From the NCBI RefSeq assembly GCF_000341395.1, contig NC_020304.1, positions 3,780,001 to 3,812,000 of the forward strand: a stretch of 32,000 nt of DNA, given 5' to 3'. Numbering within the stretch: the first letter of the stretch is position 1; each line of letters opens with the position of its first letter. Positions 1 to 8,633 of this stretch are shown here, one piece after another. Below the pieces are notes generated by a model. It did not search any database. It was not told the origin of the DNA and worked only from the letters and a program-made list of their open reading frames with translations. Made by a program: the position numbers and the translations under genes. The stretch is from Desulfocapsa sulfexigens DSM 10523 (GTDB taxonomy: Bacteria > Desulfobacterota > Desulfobulbia > Desulfobulbales > Desulfocapsaceae).

Positions 1-1083
1 ATCAACTGAACTTCTTGCCTGATCAAATTCACCCTGTGCCAGAAACAGCTCAACGACTTTTGATTTGAGACCCTTTTTACTTCCATCTTCTGCAATAATG
101 ATCTCCAGAATTTCCTGTGCTTCCTTATATTTTTTTAGAAATGAATAGTAATCAACCAGGATCATTTGATTAATCTGACGTGTCACCTCGGTTGCAGACT
201 CGACGGCTTTCTGAAAATATTTCAACGCAGTCTCACTATCACCCTGACGATGAAGAATCATAGCATGTAATCTAAAGAGTCCGGAATCATTGACACCAGC
301 ATTTTCTGCTTCGAGAAGAATATCCTTCGCAGGATCAGGCTGATTCTTCTGCAATGATAATTGTGCAAGCAACGAGTAGGGCTTTGGATTCTCAGGATTT
401 TTTTCCTTAAGAGCTTCAAGGCTTAAAAGCGCCAGATCATAGCGCTCAAGCTTTATATACATTTGAGCCAGGGAAATCTGCAATTCAAGATCATCTGGAT
501 TTTCATTGGCCAGAGATTCAAGCATAGAACGGCCTTCTTCAATATCACCCTTGGTGACAAGAATTTTGGCTAAATTGACACGGGCGGGAAGACTTTCAGG
601 GTATTTCTCGCCTGCTACTCTCAGAATTGCCACGGCCTCATCAAGCTTCTTTAAATAGGCCAACGAGTTACCAAGGATCAGGTACACATCCTCATCATCA
701 CCATTCAGTTCAATGTATTGCTCACAATTTTTCACCACCTGCTCAAGGGCACGATTCTCCACAAGAAGGAATATCAATTCCTTGCGTGCCTCTGCCATAT
801 TTGAATCCTGCTGAAGAGCAAGGCTTAACTGGCCAAAGGCGAGTTTTGCATCTCCTTTTTTGTGGTATATTTGACCAAGCTTGTAGTGAGCCAAAGCCAT
901 TTCCGGTTCTTTCTGCAATGCCTTTTTAAACCAGATGATAGCCTCATCAGCTTTTTCAGCATCCATGGCTGCAACTCCCTGCTGATACAGTTCATTGGCA
1001 TTCTCGCCGGAGCAGCCACCCAGTATCAATAGCAAACCGAAAAGTGCCAGCAAACGAAGAAACGATTGTCTTGTATAAAGCAT
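1..1083 (-). CDS. Tetratricopeptide-repeat lipoprotein, partial (3' end lies off the left edge)
   Basis: Frame is open from the ATG at 1083 to the window edge, but is not in the supplied track. Starts MLYTRQSFLRLLALFGLLLILGGCSGENANELYQ: signal peptide plus LGGC lipobox. TPR-like motifs follow (DEAIIWFKKALQKEPEMALAHYKLGQIYHKKGD, LEVYLILGN-type repeats). Confidence 0.8.
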   Translation of the reverse strand, partial: MLYTRQSFLRLLALFGLLLILGGCSGENANELYQQGVAAMDAEKADEAIIWFKKALQKEPEMALAHYKLGQIYHKKGDAKLAFGQLSLALQQDSNMAEARKELIFLLVENRALEQVVKNCEQYIELNGDDEDVYLILGNSLAYLKKLDEAVAILRVAGEKYPESLPARVNLAKILVTKGDIEEGRSMLESLANENPDDLELQISLAQMYIKLERYDLALLSLEALKEKNPENPKPYSLLAQLSLQKNQPDPAKDILLEAENAGVNDSGLFRLHAMILHRQGDSETALKYFQKAVESATEVTRQINQMILVDYYSFLKKYKEAQEILEIIIAEDGSKKGLKSKVVELFLAQGEFDQARSSVD

Positions 1084-1257
1084 GAGATCCACCTGGTCCT
1101 GTATTGTCCTGAAAAAAAGCTACAGAATTCGTAACATAATATTTTTATTGATTATAATGAACTATCAGAAATGGTCTCAAAAGGCAAACACTAACTCTTT
1201 GTTTGCAGTTGAAACTCCATGCCATGTATGACGATAAAGCTTGGGGAGATTTTATAA

Positions 1258-1479
1258 TTATTTATCTCCTGTTGTTTTTTCTTTTTCCAGGGTCTTCTTG
1301 ATCCATCCCAACCGAATATGGTACTGATGACCACCATCAATCCACTTCTCACAGGTTTCTTCCGTGGTCTTCACAGGATACGGATTTACAGTCTTATCCA
1401 CTCGACACACACCGGAATAGGGATCCTCGAGCCTGAATTTACGACAACTGAGGCATATTCGTTTTTGTATATATATCAT
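1258..1479 (-). CDS. Small hypothetical protein (73 aa) with CxxC and two further Cys
   Basis: MIYIQKRICLSCRKFRLEDPYSGVCRVDKTVNPYPVKTTEETCEKW...; CTGGAG ribosome-binding-site-like sequence upstream; co-directional with and 63 nt after bioD. Confidence 0.55.
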   Translation of the reverse strand: MIYIQKRICLSCRKFRLEDPYSGVCRVDKTVNPYPVKTTEETCEKWIDGGHQYHIRLGWIKKTLEKEKTTGDK

Positions 1480-1542
1480 TTTTTACTCCAGTAGAATCCT
1501 GTCTATTTGAGCAGGTTTGGCACAACCTAGAAAGTGTATGTG

Positions 1543-2232
1543 TTACAAGGAAAACCATCGAAGACAATCCATATAGGGGCCGGAATCCCGATAACTCTCT
1601 AGGGAGTTCATATCAACAACGGTTGGAGAAAAACCATATTTGCGAAGAGAACTGACGAAAACATTTCTTGAATCAAGGCAAATAGTATCATCACAGGATG
1701 CATAGCAATTATAGATAATCCCTTTCACTTCTATCCCTCTTCTCTTTGCCAGTTCCAGAGCTGAAAGGGTGTGATTTATAGACCCCAGCCTTGGACTTGA
1801 CACTAAAATCATTGGATAATGCTGTTCTTGAAGGTAATCGAGGAATGTCATATCTCTGGTAAGTGGAACCATCAGTCCTCCCGCCCCCTCAAGCAGTACA
1901 TGCTCATAACTTGCAGCTAAAGTCTTTGTCGCAACCGTGATTTTTTCCAGATCAATCTGGGTGTCTTCCAGCTCAGCAGCAAGATGTGGAGAACAGGGTT
2001 TACTGAAAACATAGGGACAGGTGAGTCCACTTATGTCTTCCGGGTACAGGGCAACCCCCATCAGTTCCCGATGTTTCTGAATATCTTCAGCAATACCGGT
2101 GCACCCAGTCTGGGCAATCTTCTGGGTTACCACAGAACAGCCCTGAGACAAAAGAATCTTTGCCATTAGACCGGTGGCAATGGTCTTCCCGATATCGGTG
2201 TCGATCCCACTTATGCACGTTACCGGAGACAT
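1543..2232 (-). CDS. bioD: ATP-dependent dethiobiotin synthetase BioD
   Basis: N-terminal P-loop SGIDTDIGKTIATG, VTQKIAQTG, EGAGGLMVPL; position at the end of a bio operon. Confidence 0.9.
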   Translation of the reverse strand: MSPVTCISGIDTDIGKTIATGLMAKILLSQGCSVVTQKIAQTGCTGIAEDIQKHRELMGVALYPEDISGLTCPYVFSKPCSPHLAAELEDTQIDLEKITVATKTLAASYEHVLLEGAGGLMVPLTRDMTFLDYLQEQHYPMILVSSPRLGSINHTLSALELAKRRGIEVKGIIYNCYASCDDTICLDSRNVFVSSLRKYGFSPTVVDMNSLESYRDSGPYMDCLRWFSL

Positions 2233-3002
2233 CAGCGTTTTCTTGCCACAAAGCAGGATGAAGCATAACTGACGGGTAACCCTTTATCACTTCCAAACTC
2301 TGTCATATAATGTTCCTCAAACATTTTGAGTGTTTCCCTGTTCCACTGGTACTCACTCACCCCGCCGACACCGGTGGCACGAATATGATTTAATATTTCC
2401 AGAACTGAAGGAAAAAAGAGTTGTTCCTCATGGTTTTCAAATGACTCTACGACAAAATTCTGTTCAAGAAGAGCACGGACGTCATTATCGGAGTGGTATT
2501 GCAGTTTTACGGAAGTAAGGCTGGAAAATTCCGATAATGTTCCAGGGCCAAACATTGAAAAGGCGAGATATGATCCAGATTTCAATACACCACTTAATCG
2601 TGTAATAAATGCAGGAAGGTCGCTCAACCACTGAAAGGTCGCTCCGGAAATAACAAGGGAAAGGTCAAGCGGCAGTGCCAGGGTTTCAATATCACCAAAA
2701 CAGGATACAAACTGAGGCGATTCAAACTTTGTGAGTCGCTTTAAGACCACCTCTTCAAAATCAGAAACCAGGTCGTTCAAGTAAAGTGTTTTTAAAGGCT
2801 TTTCAGCACAAAGTTGTTCGCTGAGACCTCCAGTACAACACCCCACCTCAAGTACTCGGCGAAAAGCCGTGTCCGGCAGCAGAGAAACGCTTTGAAGCAA
2901 TCGTCCGACAAGGTTCTTCTGGACAACAGCTGCATCATCGTAGGTCAGAAGACTGCGACGAAAACACCGTGCTATTCTTTCTTTATCAAGCTGAAAAACC
3001 AT
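2232..3002 (-). CDS. bioC: Malonyl-ACP O-methyltransferase BioC
   Basis: SAM-methyltransferase motif RVLEVGCCTGGLSEQL, FDxAAxVQ-like N-terminus (YDDAAVVQKNLVGRLLQ), SGATFQWL; located between bioG and bioD. Confidence 0.88.
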   Translation of the reverse strand: MVFQLDKERIARCFRRSLLTYDDAAVVQKNLVGRLLQSVSLLPDTAFRRVLEVGCCTGGLSEQLCAEKPLKTLYLNDLVSDFEEVVLKRLTKFESPQFVSCFGDIETLALPLDLSLVISGATFQWLSDLPAFITRLSGVLKSGSYLAFSMFGPGTLSEFSSLTSVKLQYHSDNDVRALLEQNFVVESFENHEEQLFFPSVLEILNHIRATGVGGVSEYQWNRETLKMFEEHYMTEFGSDKGLPVSYASSCFVARKR

Positions 3003-3016
3003 GCCACTCCAAATTC

Positions 3017-3685
3017 TTAGTACAAGCCGTCAACAATTTCATCCCAACTGCCATAACCATAAAACAGAAAATGGGATCCGTCGACCCGGCGTACTCTTTT
3101 TTCGGGCCAGTAATTGAGCTGGTTTTGTGTTGGCATTACAAGATCGTGTTCTGAAACGAGGGCACAATCATAAATGGATTCCTCCCCCTGGCAATGGCAG
3201 GCATTTTTCAGCAAGGCTCCAAGCTCACATCGCTGATCCTCCACACTGCGCAGGGGTTGATTTTCCAGAAAACGACTGTACAGAAGCCGATCTCTGCACA
3301 TCCGGTAGTAGAATTTCAAGCGCTGTTTTTCATTCAGGTTATCAAGTGTTCCCCGGACAACAGCCTCCGCAATCCCGAACTGATCATCTATTGGACAAGG
3401 AGTACCATTAATGGCTAGTGCCACTCGTAAGTTTTTCTTGAATGGCTGAAAGAGCCGTTGTCCTGCCCATACCCCCATGGACCAGGCAATAAGAACAATA
3501 TCTTCGTATTGGCCCATCAGCCCATGGAGATCCTGATCAGTACGAAGATCAGCATAATTGTAAAACATGAGGATATTCCATCGATCACTCGTAAGTGGGA
3601 TAAAGGGACGCTCATCCATTCCCCAGCCATTACAAAAACAAATCAGCCTGTTAGATTCTCTTTGATGGAGCCATTTACTTTTCAC
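3017..3685 (-). CDS. bioG: Pimeloyl-ACP methyl ester esterase BioG (DUF452 family)
   Basis: NRLICFCNGWGMDERPF, VLIAWSMGVWAGQ (Ser nucleophile elbow), AINGTPCPIDDQFGI, DGSHFLFYG. Probable GTG start at 3685 (VKSKWLHQRESN), overlapping the bioF 3' end; the longer track ORF upstream looks like non-coding extension. Confidence 0.86.
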   Translation of the reverse strand: MKSKWLHQRESNRLICFCNGWGMDERPFIPLTSDRWNILMFYNYADLRTDQDLHGLMGQYEDIVLIAWSMGVWAGQRLFQPFKKNLRVALAINGTPCPIDDQFGIAEAVVRGTLDNLNEKQRLKFYYRMCRDRLLYSRFLENQPLRSVEDQRCELGALLKNACHCQGEESIYDCALVSEHDLVMPTQNQLNYWPEKRVRRVDGSHFLFYGYGSWDEIVDGLY

Positions 3686-4859
3686 GGCGTGCACCTTGCG
3701 CCATTGCAGCGAGCTGTTCCGGGAGTGTCTGCAAATCCTGCCATTCCATATTTGCACAGATGGAAAAACGAAACCGTGCTGTCCCCTCGGGCACGGTGGG
3801 AGGCCGCACCGGAAGAACAAGGTAACCAAGTTCCTGCATTTTTTTAGCCTGTTCAAGGGCTAGACTGTCTTCCCCTATCAGAACAGGGACAATATTGGTG
3901 CTGCCACCTGTTGCTATTCCTTTCTCCTGCAAACCAAGACGTAACTGCTGTGCTATCCGTTGCAGGTGCTTTCTCTCTTTAGACATTGCCTGCATATGCC
4001 GGAAGACAAAAAGGTTCCAATTGAGAGTCACGGGGGGCAGCCCGGTTGTGAAGATAAAAGATCTGCTATGATTCACTAAATAATCGCGTGTTTCTTTAGA
4101 GCAGCAGATAAAGGCACCAATGGAGGCAAGTGCCTTGCCAAAGGTTCCCACCAAAAAATCAATATCGGAAAGAACTCCTCTTTCCTCTGCCTTGCCCAGG
4201 CCATTCTCGCCATAGACACCAACAGCGTGTGCCTCATCCAGATAGATTTTAACATCAAATTCATGCTTCAGCTCAAGCAAACGTTCAAGGTCAGCCTCAT
4301 CTCCATCCATACTAAAAACAGACTCGGAGACAAGTACCACCTGATCATACTGTTTACGGTATCTGGAAAGCAGACCATGCAGCTGCTTATAGTCTCCATG
4401 ACGAAAACGTTTATGGTCAGCACGGCTGAGCTGTAATCCATCGTGGATAGAGGCGTGGTTCAACTTGTCTGATAGAATCAGGTCTCCCTTACCAAACAGT
4501 GCGGGAAGAATACCAATATTTGCATGATAGCCGGAATTGAACAACAGGGCGGCCTCGGTTCCGTATGCACCTGCGAGTTCCTTTTCAAGACGATGCGCAA
4601 GCAGGAAATCGCCGGTTAGCAAACGGGAAGAGGCTGCAGCAAGTGCGAAGTTTTCACCATCTCCGTGATCCAATCTCTGATAAAAACGTCTTCGCAGTTC
4701 TTTGTCCTGGCCGAGCCCCAGATAATCATTAGAACTCAGATTGAGAAGAGTCCGCTCCTGGTAATTCACCCGACCAGCGCCACAACGCTGCAGTGGAGTC
4801 AACTCCCGCAGACGTCCCTTTGCCTCAAGGTCCTGAAGCTTTTGCCCGTATCGCGACAT
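3675..4859 (-). CDS. bioF: 8-amino-7-oxononanoate synthase BioF
   Basis: NLSSNDYLGLG, DEAHAVGVYGENGLG, GTFGKALASIGAF (PLP lysine), GSTNIVPVLIG. Confidence 0.94.
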   Translation of the reverse strand: MSRYGQKLQDLEAKGRLRELTPLQRCGAGRVNYQERTLLNLSSNDYLGLGQDKELRRRFYQRLDHGDGENFALAAASSRLLTGDFLLAHRLEKELAGAYGTEAALLFNSGYHANIGILPALFGKGDLILSDKLNHASIHDGLQLSRADHKRFRHGDYKQLHGLLSRYRKQYDQVVLVSESVFSMDGDEADLERLLELKHEFDVKIYLDEAHAVGVYGENGLGKAEERGVLSDIDFLVGTFGKALASIGAFICCSKETRDYLVNHSRSFIFTTGLPPVTLNWNLFVFRHMQAMSKERKHLQRIAQQLRLGLQEKGIATGGSTNIVPVLIGEDSLALEQAKKMQELGYLVLPVRPPTVPEGTARFRFSICANMEWQDLQTLPEQLAAMAQGARREK

Positions 4860-6148
4860 CAGTTGTTCTGCTCCTCTTCAAGTACTTCACAGATCGCAGT
4901 GGTCAAGATGTCAAGGTCTGCCCTTTCCATGCAGTAGGGAGGCATCACATACACCAGACGGCCAAAGGGGCGCACCCACACACCCTTCTCAACAAAGGCT
5001 GCCTGAATATGCTCCATATTCACGGGATTATTCATCTCAACCACACCGATTCCGCCGAGCACACGGACATCCGTGACGCTCTCAAGTGTACTGCAGGGAG
5101 AGAGCCCATGACCTAAGCCACTTTCAAGGGCCTTGATTTGTTCCTGCCAGCCTGATTCAAGCAGCAGATTCACAGAGACATTTGCCACGGCACAGGCCAA
5201 AGGGTTTGCCATAAAGGTCGGACCATGCATAAATACCCCGGGATCACCACCTGATATCACGTCCCCCACTTCCCTGGTGGTCAAAACTGCAGCCAAAGTC
5301 ATATATCCACCAGTGAGTGCCTTGCCAAGACAAAGAATGTCGGGAGTGATATCTGCATGCTCACAGGCAAAAAGCTTTCCAGTGCGGCCAAAACCAGTTG
5401 CGATCTCATCTGCAATAAGCAAAACATCATAACGATCACAAAGCTCTCGAACCCTTTTCAGGTATTGCGGGTGATAAAAACGCATACCACCAGCGCCCTG
5501 AACAATGGGTTCAAGAATAACTGCGCAGAGCGATTCATGGTGTTCAGCAATGAGTTGTTCAAACGATCCGACATCCTCTGAATCCCAGTCGTCGTGGAAG
5601 CGACACTGGGGTTTATCTGCAAAAAGATACTCGGGCAAAACACCTTCAAAGATATGATGCATTCCATTCACCGGATCACAGACGGACATACAGTGAAAGA
5701 CGTCGCCATGATACCCGGAACGAATAGTGAGAAATCGCTTTTTGGCGGCTTTCCCCTGTGCATGAAAATATTGAATGGCCATCTTCATGGCAACTTCCAC
5801 GGCAACCGACCCGGAGTCTGCAAAAAAGACAAGATCGAGTGGATCAGGAGTAATTTCGACGAGGGTACGGGCAAGATTAACGGCAGGTTCATGGGTTAGT
5901 CCACCAAACATCACGTGAGACAGTTTCCCGGCCTGTTCCTGCAGAGCAGCAGTGAGGAGCGGATGGTTATAGCCATGAATCACAGACCACCAGGAGGCCA
6001 TCCCGTCGATCAGTTCCCGGCCATCGCTCAAACGAATGCGGACACCTGAGGCCGATTCCACGGCATACATGGGAAGTGGATTGCTTATTGAAGAATAGGG
6101 ATGCCAGAGATGTTGCCTGTCATAGGCAAGGAGTTCATCAACAGTCAT
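4859..6148 (-). CDS. bioA: Adenosylmethionine-8-amino-7-oxononanoate aminotransferase BioA
   Basis: [66 protein letters not shown]. Start codon overlaps the bioB stop. Confidence 0.95.
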   Translation of the reverse strand: MTVDELLAYDRQHLWHPYSSISNPLPMYAVESASGVRIRLSDGRELIDGMASWWSVIHGYNHPLLTAALQEQAGKLSHVMFGGLTHEPAVNLARTLVEITPDPLDLVFFADSGSVAVEVAMKMAIQYFHAQGKAAKKRFLTIRSGYHGDVFHCMSVCDPVNGMHHIFEGVLPEYLFADKPQCRFHDDWDSEDVGSFEQLIAEHHESLCAVILEPIVQGAGGMRFYHPQYLKRVRELCDRYDVLLIADEIATGFGRTGKLFACEHADITPDILCLGKALTGGYMTLAAVLTTREVGDVISGGDPGVFMHGPTFMANPLACAVANVSVNLLLESGWQEQIKALESGLGHGLSPCSTLESVTDVRVLGGIGVVEMNNPVNMEHIQAAFVEKGVWVRPFGRLVYVMPPYCMERADLDILTTAICEVLEEEQNN

Positions 6149-7113
6149 TACTGTTTTCCAGACAGATCAAAACCAAGTTTTATAAATTCCTCAATATCTT
6201 CAGTAACTCCAGCTCCGGCTGTGGTAAGATAATCACCGACAATCGCTCCGTTTGCTCCTGCTGCAAACAACCTGTACTGATCATGGCCGAACCGTCCACG
6301 ACCACCTGCAATACGGATCACTGCATGAGGATTTACAAAACGGAAAAGAGCCACACAACGCAGGACATCCTCAAGGGAGATCGCTTCGATATGGGCGAGA
6401 GGAGTTGATGCTATAGGACTGAGAATATTGACGGGAATGGAAAGAACACCAAGGCCCCGTAACTCGAAGGCAAGCTGTAAACGATGCTCCAGTGTTTCAC
6501 CCATGCCAATTATACCACCGGAACAAAGGTCCATCCCCGCATCTCTGGCAATTTTCAGTGTTTCCACCTTTTCTTCCCAGGTATGGGTAGTACAGATAGA
6601 AGGAAAGAAATCGCGACAGCTCTCAAGATTGCAGTGATATCGGCCAACCCCGAAAGAGACCAACTGCCGAGCACTCTCTTTTGTGAGAAAACCCATGGAG
6701 GCGCAAAAGCGGAGAGTTGTCTTCTCAGCCATGGCATCATATAAACTTCCCATACCCTCTATTTGAGACGGATTCAAACTTCGACCAGCCGTAACCAGGG
6801 ATAAACGGTTGACACCATAAGCATCATTTTCCCTGGCCTGTGCTATGGCAGTCCGGGAATCAATCTGATCATAGCTTTTGATATTCGTAGTATGATGGAT
6901 GGACTGAGCACAATAGCGACAGTCTTCGGAACATTTCCCTGAACGGGCATTAATAATAGAACAGAGATCAAAACTGTTTCCGTGAACATCATGACAGAGT
7001 TCTACTGCAGCATCACATAAATCTGCTAAACTGGCCTTCTGAGCAAGCTCCATGGCCTGGTTAAAATCAAGCTCGCCACCTTCTCGTATTATTTTTATGC
7101 AGCGCTCTATCAT
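6148..7113 (-). CDS. bioB: Biotin synthase BioB (radical SAM)
   Basis: [17 protein letters not shown] radical-SAM cluster motif, YNHNLES-like [38 protein letters not shown]. Confidence 0.95.
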   Translation of the reverse strand: MIERCIKIIREGGELDFNQAMELAQKASLADLCDAAVELCHDVHGNSFDLCSIINARSGKCSEDCRYCAQSIHHTTNIKSYDQIDSRTAIAQARENDAYGVNRLSLVTAGRSLNPSQIEGMGSLYDAMAEKTTLRFCASMGFLTKESARQLVSFGVGRYHCNLESCRDFFPSICTTHTWEEKVETLKIARDAGMDLCSGGIIGMGETLEHRLQLAFELRGLGVLSIPVNILSPIASTPLAHIEAISLEDVLRCVALFRFVNPHAVIRIAGGRGRFGHDQYRLFAAGANGAIVGDYLTTAGAGVTEDIEEFIKLGFDLSGKQ

Positions 7114-7182
7114 TTCATATCACAACAGGAGGTAATTCACGACGCAGAGAAATATTCTAACGGCCTTTCGTGCGACCAACAC

Positions 7183-8127
7183 CTAAGCAAGCTTATCCAT
7201 ACATTTGGCAAGTCCCTCAGGAGTATCAAACTGCAAGGCCTGGTATTTGTATCCTTGAGGAGCAATCTTCCGCATCATCCCCTTCAGCACGGTTTTAGGG
7301 CCAACTTCAATAAAGGTATCCACACCTTCATTAATCATGGTGGTAATTGTTTCAAACCAGCGGACACGTGATGCTATCTGGCTGGCCATCATCTTCTTTA
7401 TCTTCACGGTATCCCGCTCACCACCTGCTGAGACATTAAAATAAACGGGAGTTGCAGGTACCTTAAATTCAACTCCATCCATAAAATCTGCAAAATCAGG
7501 AACGGCATTGGCAACCAGGGGACTGTGATTGGCTACACTTACAGCAAGAGGAATAACCCTGGCACCATCCTCCGTTGCAACTGCTGAGACGGCATCAAGA
7601 CCAGGAATAGAGCCGGAAATCACAACCTGCAGCTCCGTATTATGATTTGCTGCAGTGACGATACCGGCATCACTGCAATCTGCGATGATTGCCTCGATTT
7701 CATCAATATTTTTCCCAATGACTGCTCGCATACCACCGGGATTTAATTGCCCTTCACGTTCCATCAGAGCACCACGTTTAATAACCAGTCGTATGGTATC
7801 TTCAACAGAAAGAACACCTGCAGCACAAAGGGCCGAGTATTCACCCAGGCTGTGTCCGGCAAAACAGGTAGCTGAAAACTTGTCTCCCCACGCCTTTTTC
7901 AGAGCCTGATAGCAGATCAGGTTTGTAACGGTGATGGCTGGCTGTAGATGGACTGCCCTGGTAAGTTCCTCCATGGGGCCCTCCTGAATGAGGCTCTCCA
8001 ACGGAAAATCACAGACGGATGCCGCCATTTCCATAATGGCTCGACAATCACTGTCTGAATCAATAAACTCACGTCCCATTCCTAAAAACTGTGATCCCTG
8101 ACCGGGAAAGAGTACTGCTATTTTCAT
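7183..8127 (-). CDS. fabD: Malonyl-CoA:ACP transacylase FabD
   Basis: MKIAVLFPGQGSQFLGMGRE start at 8127; GHSLGEYSALCAAGVLS active-site Ser motif; VANHSPLV. The track ORF extends further upstream without homology-like sequence. Confidence 0.94.
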   Translation of the reverse strand: MKIAVLFPGQGSQFLGMGREFIDSDSDCRAIMEMAASVCDFPLESLIQEGPMEELTRAVHLQPAITVTNLICYQALKKAWGDKFSATCFAGHSLGEYSALCAAGVLSVEDTIRLVIKRGALMEREGQLNPGGMRAVIGKNIDEIEAIIADCSDAGIVTAANHNTELQVVISGSIPGLDAVSAVATEDGARVIPLAVSVANHSPLVANAVPDFADFMDGVEFKVPATPVYFNVSAGGERDTVKIKKMMASQIASRVRWFETITTMINEGVDTFIEVGPKTVLKGMMRKIAPQGYKYQALQFDTPEGLAKCMDKLA

Positions 8128-8141
8128 GTAATCTTTTATTC

Positions 8142-8627
8142 CTATACCTGTATTTGTTTCTTCTGCCGTTCTTCGAGAAAATTCGCCAGTAGAAAAAGAG
8201 CCACACCCACACAAATTGCGGAATCAGCCACATTAAACGCAGGCCAGTGATGGCCTGCCACATAAAAATCAAGAAAATCAACCACTGCCCCCAGGCGAAT
8301 GCGGTCAATAGCGTTCCCAATGGCCCCCCCGGCAATAAGAGCAAGAGCGGGACCATAGAAACGATGGTCGTTTCGCATTCGAAACCAGGCAATCACTATC
8401 AACACAAGGGCAACACTTACGAGAATCAGAAAAAAATAATGCCGCCAGACGGAAGTCACTCCTGCCAGAAAGCCGAAGGCTGCACCTTTATTGGTAAGAT
8501 AGGTGAGACTGAAAAAACCAGGAATGACATCGAGCGATTCATACAACTGAAAGCTCTTAACCACCCAGACTTTTGTCAATTGATCAAACCCAACCACCAG
8601 AAGTAGGAGAAATATGGAGAAAAACAA
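8142..8627 (-). CDS. lspA: Lipoprotein signal peptidase (signal peptidase II)
   Basis: Multiple TM segments, LTYLTNKGAAFGFL, GGAIGNAIDRIRLGAVVDFLDF, FNVADSAICVG catalytic-Asp motifs. Confidence 0.94.
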   Translation of the reverse strand: MFFSIFLLLLVVGFDQLTKVWVVKSFQLYESLDVIPGFFSLTYLTNKGAAFGFLAGVTSVWRHYFFLILVSVALVLIVIAWFRMRNDHRFYGPALALIAGGAIGNAIDRIRLGAVVDFLDFYVAGHHWPAFNVADSAICVGVALFLLANFLEERQKKQIQV

Positions 8628-8633
8628 TTCCTG

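Noticed and set aside
627-929. 100-aa plus-strand ORF (and 64-aa minus ORF at 825-1019)
   Set aside because: Both overlap the TPR lipoprotein frame, which is open with clear repeats and a lipobox.
1245-1269. Terminator after the small four-Cys ORF
   Set aside because: GGAGAT/ATCTCC is only a 6-bp stem, overlaps the ORF 3' end and lacks a clear U-tract in the right place.
3686-3856. N-terminal extension of the bioG ORF in the track
   Set aside because: Would overlap bioF by about 180 nt with Arg-rich, non-homologous-looking sequence. GTG at 3685 gives the expected N-terminus.
4793-5116. Plus-strand ORFs antisense to bioA/bioF (4793-5116, 5133-5432, 5594-5899)
   Set aside because: Overlap well-supported bio genes; no motif support.
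7114-7182. BirA operator between fabD and bioB
   Set aside because: No TTGTAAACC/GGTTTACAA-like palindrome is present in the gap.
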